Virus record (IMG/VR): IMGVR_UViG_3300045988_022110
Location: 1 to 34,137 of that record
Length of the DNA: 34,137 nucleotides
DNA from: a virus
Reading direction: 5' to 3' (one strand)
The notes beneath the pieces are model-generated. The model was not told the DNA's origin. It saw only the letters and a program-made list of their open reading frames with translations, and did no database searches. The stretch's first letter is position 1. The number at the start of each line of letters is the position of its first letter. Shown here in pieces: positions 6,450-13,761 of this stretch. The position numbers and the translations under genes are program-made.

Positions 6450-6667
6450 TGGGCGAACCGAAGATCACGGTCGAGCTCCGGCCAGATCAGCTGGACAGCC
6501 TGATCGATGCACTGATACTGGCGTCAACCTGCGAGCAGGAGGACGCCGAGTGCCTGAACAGCATGGAGCGCGTCAACGCACAGTGCGTCGCCGACACAGT
6601 TGCCAGGCAGGACAACTACGCGAAGCTCGCAGCCTGGCTCCAGCACGTGCAGGAGGAGAACGAGTGA
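6449..6667 (+). CDS. Hypothetical early protein, 72 aa
   Basis: TGATG overlap at 6449. Acidic helical protein. Confidence 0.55.
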   Translation: MGEPKITVELRPDQLDSLIDALILASTCEQEDAECLNSMERVNAQCVADTVARQDNYAKLAAWLQHVQEENE

Positions 6668-6906
6668 TGCAGTATTTTGCGCCGCGGATGCGGCCAGTTC
6701 CGCCGCCGTGCGCGAGAGACTGCCCGGACAGGAGCGGTACCTGCCGCGCCGGATGCTGCAGCTGGAAGCTATATGAGAGCATCCGGAATCACATTTACGA
6801 TGTAAATCACCGGGATCGCATGGACATGGAGCTGGATCATGCAGCAAACCGCCAGACGGTCCGGGCGGAAAACAGGATACGCAGGAGGAAACACTATGAA
6901 AAATAG
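6667..6906 (+). CDS. Cys-rich hypothetical protein, 79 aa
   Basis: TGATG overlap at 6667. CARDCPDRSGTCRAGCC cluster. Confidence 0.55.
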   Translation: MQYFAPRMRPVPPPCARDCPDRSGTCRAGCCSWKLYESIRNHIYDVNHRDRMDMELDHAANRQTVRAENRIRRRKHYEK

Positions 6907-7159
6907 CATCGATTACCCCGGCGAGCGGGCGCCGAGACGAAAGAAGATCATCGCGCAGGCAGGATACACCGGGAAAAACCACTATACCGTAACTTACCAC
7001 GATCAGCAGATCATTGTCCGCGCGGCGGACGAACTGGCCGCCATGTTTACGGCGGCAAAACACTGGGGTTACGCGTGGACGCGGGCGGAGTACCACCAGA
7101 GCGCCCAGGCGGACAAGCTGCACTATGTGCCGGATACCCGGCCGGGGGCGCTGGTATGA
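6896..7159 (+). CDS. Hypothetical early protein, 87 aa
   Basis: AGGAGG RBS before the ATG at 6896. Confidence 0.6.
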   Translation: MKNSIDYPGERAPRRKKIIAQAGYTGKNHYTVTYHDQQIIVRAADELAAMFTAAKHWGYAWTRAEYHQSAQADKLHYVPDTRPGALV

Positions 7160-7329
7160 GGTTTGTGTGTGACGCCTGCCAGGATATCACCAACATCGAG
7201 GCAGACCGGATGGAAATCCAGGGCGAGAAGCTGATGGTATACAGCCGCGGGCGGCTGGTCTACGTGGCGGATCTGGGGCAGATCATGCTGGCCAAGCTTA
7301 CGCCGGGGAGGGATGAGGCACGATGCTGA
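7156..7329 (+). CDS. Hypothetical early protein, 57 aa
   Basis: ATGA overlap at 7156. [41 protein letters not shown]... Confidence 0.5.
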   Translation: MRFVCDACQDITNIEADRMEIQGEKLMVYSRGRLVYVADLGQIMLAKLTPGRDEARC

Positions 7330-7478
7330 CGCATCTGAGCCTGTTTTCCGGGATCGGCGGGCTTGATCTGGCTGCCGAGTGGGCAGGATTTACGACCGTC
7401 GGGCAATGCGAGTTTGCCGATTACCAGACGCAGGCATACCCGATTTTTAGGGCATTGAGGGAGGACATTTTGAGATGA
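7323..7478 (+). pseudogene. N-terminal remnant of a C5-cytosine DNA methyltransferase (motif I only), 51 codons
   Basis: [31 protein letters not shown] carries the FxGxG AdoMet motif and the following G..V....E segment typical of Dcm-type enzymes. The ORF stops after 51 codons. I found no PC catalytic motif downstream. Confidence 0.7.
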
Positions 7479-7768
7479 ATGGCATATATAAGCTAATCGT
7501 CAGCGGGATAGACGGGAACGGCTTTCAGTACATATCTGGTATGCTTGAGCCGGAACGGCTGGATTCTAACGGATTCCGTATCGGAAAAGCGTTCAGCGTA
7601 GAGATTTACCACGGAAAAAATGAATCGAGTCTCTGGACGTTCCAGTGGATCGGCGGGGCACCGCACAACTGGACGCACATAAAAACATTCCGGGACGAGA
7701 TCATAGGCGAGAACGAAGTTCCCGCGCTGCTCAAAAAATATAACCTGATTTCGGAGGATACGCCATGA
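7475..7768 (+). CDS. Hypothetical protein, 97 aa, encoded on a lower-GC insert
   Basis: GGGAGG RBS. ATG at 7475 overlaps the remnant stop. Hand counts of 43 and 52 percent GC on two 60-nt stretches, against an apparently higher-GC surrounding (not counted). Confidence 0.65.
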   Translation: MNGIYKLIVSGIDGNGFQYISGMLEPERLDSNGFRIGKAFSVEIYHGKNESSLWTFQWIGGAPHNWTHIKTFRDEIIGENEVPALLKKYNLISEDTP

Positions 7769-8142
7769 CAGACAAGGAAATCGTGCAGGCGCTGCGGTGC
7801 TGCGCGAAGGGGCTTGGACACGACGACGCGTGCGAAAACTGCAAGGTCGGAGAAATACAAGATCGGCGGGAATACATCGAGTTTGCGGCTGCTAACGTGA
7901 TCGAGCGCCTGACCGCCGAGAACGCGGCGCTGCGGGAGAAGGTGCCGCAGTGGATCAGCGTGGAGGAACGGAGGCCGGAGCCGGGAAAACGCGTCCTTGC
8001 TACGGACGGCGTATTTGTCGGCGAGGCGTACCGCACAAGCGCGGATACATGGAGAAGATATGACGGAATAGCTATGCGGGACTGCCTTGGCAGTATAGTC
8101 ACCCACTGGATGCCGCTGCCGGAAGCGCAGGAGGTGGAATGA
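7765..8142 (+). CDS. DUF551-domain protein, 125 aa
   Basis: C-terminal WISVEERRPEPGKRVLA...VTHWMPLPEAQ matches the DUF551 signature. Cys-rich N-terminus. Confidence 0.75.
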   Translation: MTDKEIVQALRCCAKGLGHDDACENCKVGEIQDRREYIEFAAANVIERLTAENAALREKVPQWISVEERRPEPGKRVLATDGVFVGEAYRTSADTWRRYDGIAMRDCLGSIVTHWMPLPEAQEVE

Positions 8143-8330
8143 TGTATATCCTTGAGCACAAGATACCGTACATCGTGCCGGAGGCGATGACAAAAAACCG
8201 CACCTGCCAGTCGTACCGCTGGGAACAGGTGTGTATGTGCAGCGACCGGTCGGCACTGGAAGAGGCACTCGAAAAACGGAGCAACCCAAAGGACTGGAGA
8301 ATTACGAAAACGGCGGATGAGGTGGAATGA
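8139..8330 (+). CDS. Hypothetical protein, 63 aa
   Basis: ATGA overlap at 8139. No family recognised. Confidence 0.5.
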   Translation: MMYILEHKIPYIVPEAMTKNRTCQSYRWEQVCMCSDRSALEEALEKRSNPKDWRITKTADEVE

Positions 8331-8434
8331 TGGAAAAGAAAATTCTTGATGTAACCTGTGGGTCCCGGACGATCGGGAGCAGCTCAGACGGCTGGGAATG
8401 GCGCGGCGCGCCGGAGGAAGGAGACAAGGCATGA
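8330..8434 (+). CDS. 34-codon ORF, possible N-terminal remnant of a SAM-dependent methyltransferase
   Basis: MEKKILDVTCGSRT resembles the N-terminal LD..CGSR AdoMet loop of small phage methyltransferases. The rest does not continue in any frame. Weak evidence. Confidence 0.3.
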   Translation: MEKKILDVTCGSRTIGSSSDGWEWRGAPEEGDKA

Positions 8435-8964
8435 TGGCTGTTCTAATCAGCATCCGTCCGAAGTGGGCCCAGAAGATCATGACCGGGCAGAAGACCGTTG
8501 AGGTGCGCAAGACGCGCCCGAAGATGGATACGCCGTTTAAGTGCTACATCTACTGCACGCAGAGCGCTGATATGCTTTGGATCTTGAGGGAAAGGGAACG
8601 GCCTCTCCATCCTGATAAAATAGCGGATGTTTTCAAGGCTACTAAATGCGGCGGAGCATATCGGGGGAATGGCAAAGTCATCGGGGAATTTCTGTGCGAT
8701 GAGATCATCAACATTAACGGCGCGGGAAGGATCTCGTCGGATGCTGCGCGGCCAACCTGCCTAGAGCCTGCGGAGCTGCACCAGTATCTCGGAGCTGCCA
8801 CCGGCTTCGGCTGGCACATCTCAGATTTGCGCGTTTACGATCACCCGCGCGATCTGTGGGAGTTTACCGGCCTGCGGGAGACAAAATACGGACTTGCGCC
8901 CGGGCCAATCACCCGCCCGCCGCAGAGCTGGCGGTATGTGGAGGAAGAGCTATGGAGCGACTGA
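8431..8964 (+). CDS. ASCH-domain (PUA-like) protein, 177 aa
   Basis: ISIRPKWAQKIMTGQKTVEVRKTRP is a typical ASCH N-terminus. GGAGGAAGGAG RBS before the ATG at 8431. Confidence 0.7.
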   Translation: MMAVLISIRPKWAQKIMTGQKTVEVRKTRPKMDTPFKCYIYCTQSADMLWILRERERPLHPDKIADVFKATKCGGAYRGNGKVIGEFLCDEIININGAGRISSDAARPTCLEPAELHQYLGAATGFGWHISDLRVYDHPRDLWEFTGLRETKYGLAPGPITRPPQSWRYVEEELWSD

Positions 8965-9449
8965 CTGCAAGAGACGGCGAATTTGTGAAGTGGAAGGGCC
9001 GCCCGCTGTACATGATGGGGGCTGCGGATATCTACACAATGGCGGAACGCCTCACGGCCTACGAGGACACGGACCTGACGCCGGAGGAAATCAATGCTCC
9101 ATTTACGGAGGACACGATGATAAATCTGGCAGCGCAGGCGCTGGGCGTGGAGGCTGACCGCCTCCGCGAGCTTGCCGAGGCCGACAAGGACGGGCGGTGC
9201 GTCGTGCTGCCGTGCAAGGTGGGGGATACGGTGTGGTTCATCCCAGATGGCAAGCGCGTCTGCGAATGCGAGGTTTTGTTCATCGATTCAAAAGACTGTG
9301 ATGCAACCATTTTGCTTGGCTCGAAATTTGGATTGAAGGGGACAACACAACGACATGCTAGTTCATTCGGCAAAACCGTATTTTTGACCCGCGAAGAAGC
9401 CGAGAAGGCTTTGCAGGAAATGGAGGGCAAGAAGGATGGCAAAACGTAA
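8952..9449 (+). CDS. Hypothetical phage protein, 165 aa
   Basis: Internal ATG at 8952 overlaps the previous gene end. Contains AERLTAYEDTDLTPEEI. Lower-GC patch in the C-terminal part. Confidence 0.6.
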   Translation: MERLTARDGEFVKWKGRPLYMMGAADIYTMAERLTAYEDTDLTPEEINAPFTEDTMINLAAQALGVEADRLRELAEADKDGRCVVLPCKVGDTVWFIPDGKRVCECEVLFIDSKDCDATILLGSKFGLKGTTQRHASSFGKTVFLTREEAEKALQEMEGKKDGKT

Positions 9450-9651
9450 AAACATGATGGATATGATGGACATGACGCCGGTCTGCGAGCGGTGTGGGAA
9501 GGTCGAGCCGGTGGACGAAAAACTATCGACTCCGAACTGGACAGTTTACCGGACAAAAGAGCCGTGCGAATGCGGCGGGAAATACACGGCGCGTGCGTTT
9601 TTGGACGACAGCGTGCTTTCCTCGTGCGATAAGGAGGCCAACCATGCATGA
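9436..9651 (+). CDS. Small zinc-ribbon protein, 71 aa
   Basis: CERCG...CECGG cysteine pairs. Overlaps neighbours on both sides. Confidence 0.5.
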   Translation: MAKRKNMMDMMDMTPVCERCGKVEPVDEKLSTPNWTVYRTKEPCECGGKYTARAFLDDSVLSSCDKEANHA

Positions 9652-10000
9652 GGAATACATCAGCCGCGCGGCGGCGCTGAAAGATTTTGAAGCCAGCAAC
9701 GCTCACAATCCGTACTGGACACCGCAGCGGGTAAAAACGCTCCTGCTCCGCCAGCCCGCCGCCGACGTTGCGGAGGTGGTGCATGGAACGCCGGTGACGG
9801 AAGTGCGCACGAGGACGATTGTGGGATACCATGAGGAGATCGGAGTTTTAGCGGGAGACCGCTCTACACTTTACCGCAGGAATATGGTGCATATGGACAT
9901 CCCGTATGACTACTGCCCGGTGTGCGGCGCAACGCTGTGCTCGCGGTGGCATAATTTCTGCGGGAAATGCGGCGCGAAGATGGATGGCGCAGCCGAATGA
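9644..10000 (+). CDS. Hypothetical protein with C-terminal zinc ribbon, 118 aa
   Basis: AAGGAGG RBS before the ATG at 9644. CPVCG...CGKCG at the C-terminus. Confidence 0.6.
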   Translation: MHEEYISRAAALKDFEASNAHNPYWTPQRVKTLLLRQPAADVAEVVHGTPVTEVRTRTIVGYHEEIGVLAGDRSTLYRRNMVHMDIPYDYCPVCGATLCSRWHNFCGKCGAKMDGAAE

Positions 10001-10431
10001 GCGGGCTGCGGTTTGAGTCCATGGCGGACATGCCGCCGAGGATGCGGGAGCTTTATGCACGGCAGCAGCTGCCAGGGGCTACAGCGGCGCCGAAGAAGGC
10101 CTCGAAGTATCACAGCACGCCCGCCGAACGCGGCGAGCTGCGCTTTGACAGTCAGAAGGAAGCCCGGCGGTATGACGAGCTGATGGTGATGCTCCGGGCT
10201 GGCATTATCTCCGATCTGCGCCTGCAACCGCAGTTCACCTTGCAGGAGAGCTACATCACCGAAACCGGCGAGCGCATCCGAGCGGTGCGGTACACGGCGG
10301 ACTTTTCGTACAAATTCGGCGGCAAGCTGGTCGTCGAGGACGTCAAGTCCATGGCGACGCGGACGAAGGAATATCTGCGGAACCGCAAATTCATGCGATC
10401 CAAATACGGGATCGACATACAGGAGGTTTGA
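9997..10431 (+). CDS. DUF1064-family protein (PD-(D/E)XK-like nuclease, putative junction resolvase), 144 aa
   Basis: KYHSTPAERGELRFDSQKEARRYDEL...RYTADFSY...VVEDVKS matches the DUF1064 layout. ATGA overlap at 9997. Confidence 0.7.
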   Translation: MSGLRFESMADMPPRMRELYARQQLPGATAAPKKASKYHSTPAERGELRFDSQKEARRYDELMVMLRAGIISDLRLQPQFTLQESYITETGERIRAVRYTADFSYKFGGKLVVEDVKSMATRTKEYLRNRKFMRSKYGIDIQEV

Positions 10432-10433
10432 GC

Positions 10434-10658
10434 ATGGCCGACGAAAAAAATGAGCAGTGCATGCTGCCAAAGAGCGCCAGATCCTGCATGATGGCAGCAC
10501 TGGGCGATGAATTTTGCGAGGGCTGCGGCTGGAACGCGGCTGAGCAGGCCCGAAGAAAGGCCCTGCCGCTTGAGCAGGGAGAGGATGGCAAGTACGGCAA
10601 GCACGTAGGCGCGAAGCCGGGCTGCCAGAAACCACAGCAATCGGCCGGGGATACATAA
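10434..10658 (+). CDS. Cys-rich hypothetical protein, 74 aa
   Basis: AGGAGG sits 7 nt before the ATG at 10434. The track lists a TTG two codons upstream. Confidence 0.5.
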   Translation: MADEKNEQCMLPKSARSCMMAALGDEFCEGCGWNAAEQARRKALPLEQGEDGKYGKHVGAKPGCQKPQQSAGDT

Positions 10659-10982
10659 TTTTTGTGGGCTTATGCCGCCGACGCTTTGCCATGAGACGCC
10701 GACGGAAGGATCACCCCGACTTTTGCAACCCGCCCGCAGAACCCCTCAAGCCTGCGGGCGGGAATAAAACACGGTGTGGAACGTGCCGGAAAACGTTACC
10801 CCACTCCCGGGCTTTACGCACCCGGCGGCATGGTTGAACCTCCCTCAAAAGCTGCCCGACGCAGACAAGGGCGGCTCGCCCGCGCAGGATCGGACTTGGG
10901 GCAGCGCGGGCGCAGGCGGTGCGAGGCCGTCCACTGCCGGGGGCCGGGATACCGGCCCCTGACCAAAGAAAGGACGAGGACC
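10659..10982. other. 324-bp GC-rich, hairpin-dense non-coding island (function unknown)
   Basis: No ORF with an RBS. Includes an 11-bp stem cccgcccgcag/ctgcgggcggg (10729-10762), an 8-bp stem ggggccgg/ccggcccc (10940-10959) and several shorter stems. Confidence 0.55.
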
Positions 10983-11372
10983 ATGGAAACACTGATACAA
11001 AAGGCATGCAGCCTATGCGGGAAAACGTTCCTGCGGCCGATCGGAAAAGTCAACGAGAATAAAAGCGGGCGCTTTTACTGCAGTCGCTCCTGCGCATCGA
11101 TCGCGCAGCATATGGAGCGGAGCACCAGAATGACTGAGATGAACACGCCGCCGGAGCCACAGAAGCCGGAGGAGCCGCGCCGCCTGCCGCACACGATGGT
11201 GCGCATCCGCATCATATGCAAAGTGCCGGTCGACCCGGAATACCAGCCGACCGTCGGATCGGAGCATGCCGCAGAAAAGTACGGCCCGAACAAACTCAAA
11301 AACGCAGGATATGTGATCCAGTCCGGTGGAAAACGGATCAATATCCGCTGGAATGAGTGCGTCGAAATTTGA
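10983..11372 (+). CDS. Hypothetical protein with N-terminal zinc ribbon, 129 aa
   Basis: ATG at 10983 (METLIQKACSLCGKTF...FYCSRSC). The upstream part of the track ORF is Arg-rich junk. Confidence 0.6.
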   Translation: METLIQKACSLCGKTFLRPIGKVNENKSGRFYCSRSCASIAQHMERSTRMTEMNTPPEPQKPEEPRRLPHTMVRIRIICKVPVDPEYQPTVGSEHAAEKYGPNKLKNAGYVIQSGGKRINIRWNECVEI

Positions 11373-11385
11373 AAGGAGCAAAAAC

Positions 11386-11736
11386 ATGGCAGCAATGATG
11401 GAATTATTTTCGGCCGAGCTGGACGACTTTGTGAAAGATTACGATGATCTGCACTGGGACGTCAGTTTCCGTGGCGAGGAATACCCGCCGCGGATCATCA
11501 TGGAGCAGGCGACGCCGCCGCTCTACAAGATCGAGGACGACGGATCGAAGACGCTGGAACCGCAGCCGACCATCCAGATCATCGGAAGGCCAGAGACGAG
11601 CGTCATCACGACCGGCAAGCTCTCGATCAGCAAAAAGGCACTGACAAAACTGGTCAACCGCGCCGCCAGCCTGCTGGAGCTGTTTCTGCACGGCTTTATG
11701 CAGGAGCGCAAGGAAATGGAGGCAGCGCAGGAATGA
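11386..11736 (+). CDS. Hypothetical protein, 116 aa
   Basis: GAAAGGAG RBS before the ATG at 11386. Confidence 0.6.
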   Translation: MAAMMELFSAELDDFVKDYDDLHWDVSFRGEEYPPRIIMEQATPPLYKIEDDGSKTLEPQPTIQIIGRPETSVITTGKLSISKKALTKLVNRAASLLELFLHGFMQERKEMEAAQE

Positions 11737-12125
11737 GCAAGAAAGACAAGCGCCGGGAAGCGCTGCGGCTTGGCAAAAAGGACATGAGCTTTGCGGAGAT
11801 CATGCAGGCAATAGGGGCGTGCAGGGCGGACGACTGCGACAAGTGCCTGCTGAACGGCGGCCCCATCGAAGGATGGTTCCCGGAGGATGTGCCGGACTGC
11901 TATACCGTGCTGCTTAAAAACGCGGCGAAGCAGCTGTGCCGCACCGGGAATTGGTGGCGCTGGGATGATATCTTCCGTGTCTACCGCTGCCCGGTCTGCG
12001 GCAGGCCGGAGAAGCCACATATCGAAGTCTGGAAAAATGGCGGCGTGAAGCGCGTTTTGCCGCGCCAATGCCAATACTGCCAAGCAACACTGGAAGGGAT
12101 AGAAGGAGAGGAAAATGATCATTGA
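11733..12125 (+). CDS. Cys-rich hypothetical protein, 130 aa
   Basis: ATGA overlap at 11733. CDKC, CPVCG and CQYC pairs. Confidence 0.6.
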   Translation: MSKKDKRREALRLGKKDMSFAEIMQAIGACRADDCDKCLLNGGPIEGWFPEDVPDCYTVLLKNAAKQLCRTGNWWRWDDIFRVYRCPVCGRPEKPHIEVWKNGGVKRVLPRQCQYCQATLEGIEGEENDH

Positions 12126-12249
12126 GATTTTGGAGCTTGCTGCCGCGCTGGAGTGGATCGCGCTGGGCGTGCTGGTGTTTTTCAAACTGCGCGCGCTGAA
12201 CCGCCGCGCGGATGCACTGCTCGGGGAAGCAGAAGACGCTATCCGCTGA
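12115..12249 (+). CDS. Small membrane protein, 44 aa
   Basis: GAAGGAGAGG RBS, ATG at 12115. MIIEILELAAALEWIALGVLVFFKLRALNRRADALLGEAEDAIR. Below the ORF track cut-off. Confidence 0.45.
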   Translation: MIIEILELAAALEWIALGVLVFFKLRALNRRADALLGEAEDAIR

Positions 12250-12281
12250 ACGCATGGCCGGAATCTCCGGCCATGCGTTCA
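12247..12281. repeat. 35-bp perfect palindrome (16-bp arms, 3-nt centre)
   Basis: tgaacgcatggccgga-atc-tccggccatgcgttca. It starts at the stop codon of the small membrane gene. No T tract follows. Confidence 0.9.
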
Positions 12282-12306
12282 GCGGGCAGAGATGGGAGGG
12301 ATATCT

Positions 12307-12927
12307 GTGAATATTGCGTACAACATGGACTGTATGGAGTATATGCGGACGCTGCCGGATAAGGCGTTTGATCTCGCGGTGGTAGATCCGCCATACGGGA
12401 TCGAGAAAGGGTCCAAGTGTACGAGCCGCGTTGCGAAATACGGGCAAATGCAGACGGTAAACGACGCAAAGCCGTCCACCGCGTACTTTGCAGAGCTGCG
12501 CAGAATCAGCAAAAATCAGATCATTTGGGGATACAATCATTTGTCGGATCTGCTCCCGCCAACCAAGGAATTTATTTTTTGGTACAAGCACCAGCCAGTA
12601 GATACATACTCGGATGGAGAATTGGCATGGACAAGTGGGACGAAAACGGCAAAATGCTTTGATTATGCATATTTCGGGGGGGTGCATGCAGACGAATGCA
12701 GAATCCACCCAACGCAAAAGCCCGTCGCGCTCTATGCGTGGATCTTTGGCAGGTACGCAAAGACGGGGGATAAGATCCTCGATACGCACCTTGGGAGCGG
12801 GAGCAGCCGGATTGCGGCGTATGACGCAGGGCTGGATTTCGTGGGGTGCGAGATCGATAAGGATTATTTTGCAGCACAAGAGGAGCGCTTCGCCGCGCAT
12901 ACGGCGCAGCTATCACTATTTGTATAA
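12307..12927 (+). CDS. Orphan DNA methyltransferase, beta class (N6-adenine or N4-cytosine), about 206 aa
   Basis: DPPYG (motif IV) is near the N-terminus. HPTQKP and ILDTHLGSGSS (motif I) are near the C-terminus. GTG at 12307 lies 6 nt after GGGAGGG; an alternative ATG is at 12292. No nuclease partner is nearby. Confidence 0.85.
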   Translation: MNIAYNMDCMEYMRTLPDKAFDLAVVDPPYGIEKGSKCTSRVAKYGQMQTVNDAKPSTAYFAELRRISKNQIIWGYNHLSDLLPPTKEFIFWYKHQPVDTYSDGELAWTSGTKTAKCFDYAYFGGVHADECRIHPTQKPVALYAWIFGRYAKTGDKILDTHLGSGSSRIAAYDAGLDFVGCEIDKDYFAAQEERFAAHTAQLSLFV

Positions 12928-12940
12928 AAGAGGATGGAGT

Positions 12941-13711
12941 ATGGCAAAGAGGCACAAGCGCCGGCTGTTTGCCGGGAAGGTATGTACACAGATCGTGTAC
13001 AAGGTGGCGGACGGCACAGATCCGAAAACCAGCCGGCCGAAGAAGCCGCGGTTCCAGTCACAGGAAGAACGCGAGGAATTCAACACCAGGATCTCGGCTG
13101 CAAAGTTCGTGGCGCTGGTCAACGCCAACTTTTCCCCGTCGAGCTATTACTCCACACTCACGCTCGACCCCGAACATGAGGTACATACCGCGCAGGAGAT
13201 GCGCCGGATACGGGATAATTTCTACCGCCGCATGGTCTACCGGTATCCGGAGGCCAAGATCGTCATCGTCTACGGCCGGGGCAAGTCGACCAACCGCTTC
13301 CACCTGCACCTGATCACGGACGGCATTCCTGCCGATGCGCTGGGCCAGCTCTGGGGCCTCGGCAGCGTCATCGACTGCAAGCCACTGCGGAAGCGCAACT
13401 ACTATCTGGATGAGAACGGAAATAAGGTCGACCACGGGCAGGACTACACGGCGCTGGCCAACTACCTGCACGGCCACTGGCGCAAGGAGTTCGGCGGCCA
13501 CCGGTACAAGGCCAGCCGCAGCTGCGTCCGGCCGGAGCCGGAGCCCGCGACCGAGGCAATCCGGGACTACAGCCCGACGCGCCCGCCAGTCGCCCCGCGC
13601 GGCTACATCCTCGTCGAGTCCAGAGCCACGCAGTATGGATTCCTATATTTCAAATATGTATGGGATCCCAAAAACGAGACACATAAGCGGAATGGGAGCC
13701 GCCTTCTTTAA
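12941..13711 (+). CDS. HUH-superfamily Rep-like protein (putative rolling-circle initiator/nickase), 256 aa
   Basis: Motif order YYSTLTLD, then NRFHLHLIT (His-hydrophobic-His), then the Tyr-containing DYTALANYLHGHWRKE. ATG at 12941 with a GAGGATGGAG RBS. The track ORF start at 12614 overlaps the methyltransferase. Confidence 0.6.
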   Translation: MAKRHKRRLFAGKVCTQIVYKVADGTDPKTSRPKKPRFQSQEEREEFNTRISAAKFVALVNANFSPSSYYSTLTLDPEHEVHTAQEMRRIRDNFYRRMVYRYPEAKIVIVYGRGKSTNRFHLHLITDGIPADALGQLWGLGSVIDCKPLRKRNYYLDENGNKVDHGQDYTALANYLHGHWRKEFGGHRYKASRSCVRPEPEPATEAIRDYSPTRPPVAPRGYILVESRATQYGFLYFKYVWDPKNETHKRNGSRLL

Positions 13712-13761
13712 GCCTTGTAAATGTGTTGAGTTTTGCAACGAAGAAGGAAGGAGCTGAACAG

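Noticed and set aside
10711-11053. ORFs inside the non-coding island (10774-10962 +, 10776-10982 + extension, 10711-11007 -, 10814-11053 -)
   Set aside because: They are Arg/Pro/Gly-rich, mutually overlapping and lack an RBS. The real gene starts at the ATG at 10983 behind an RBS.
12614-12940. N-terminal 109 codons of the 365-aa track ORF preceding the Rep-like gene
   Set aside because: It overlaps the methyltransferase gene in another frame and has junk composition. The ATG at 12941 has an RBS and follows the methyltransferase stop.
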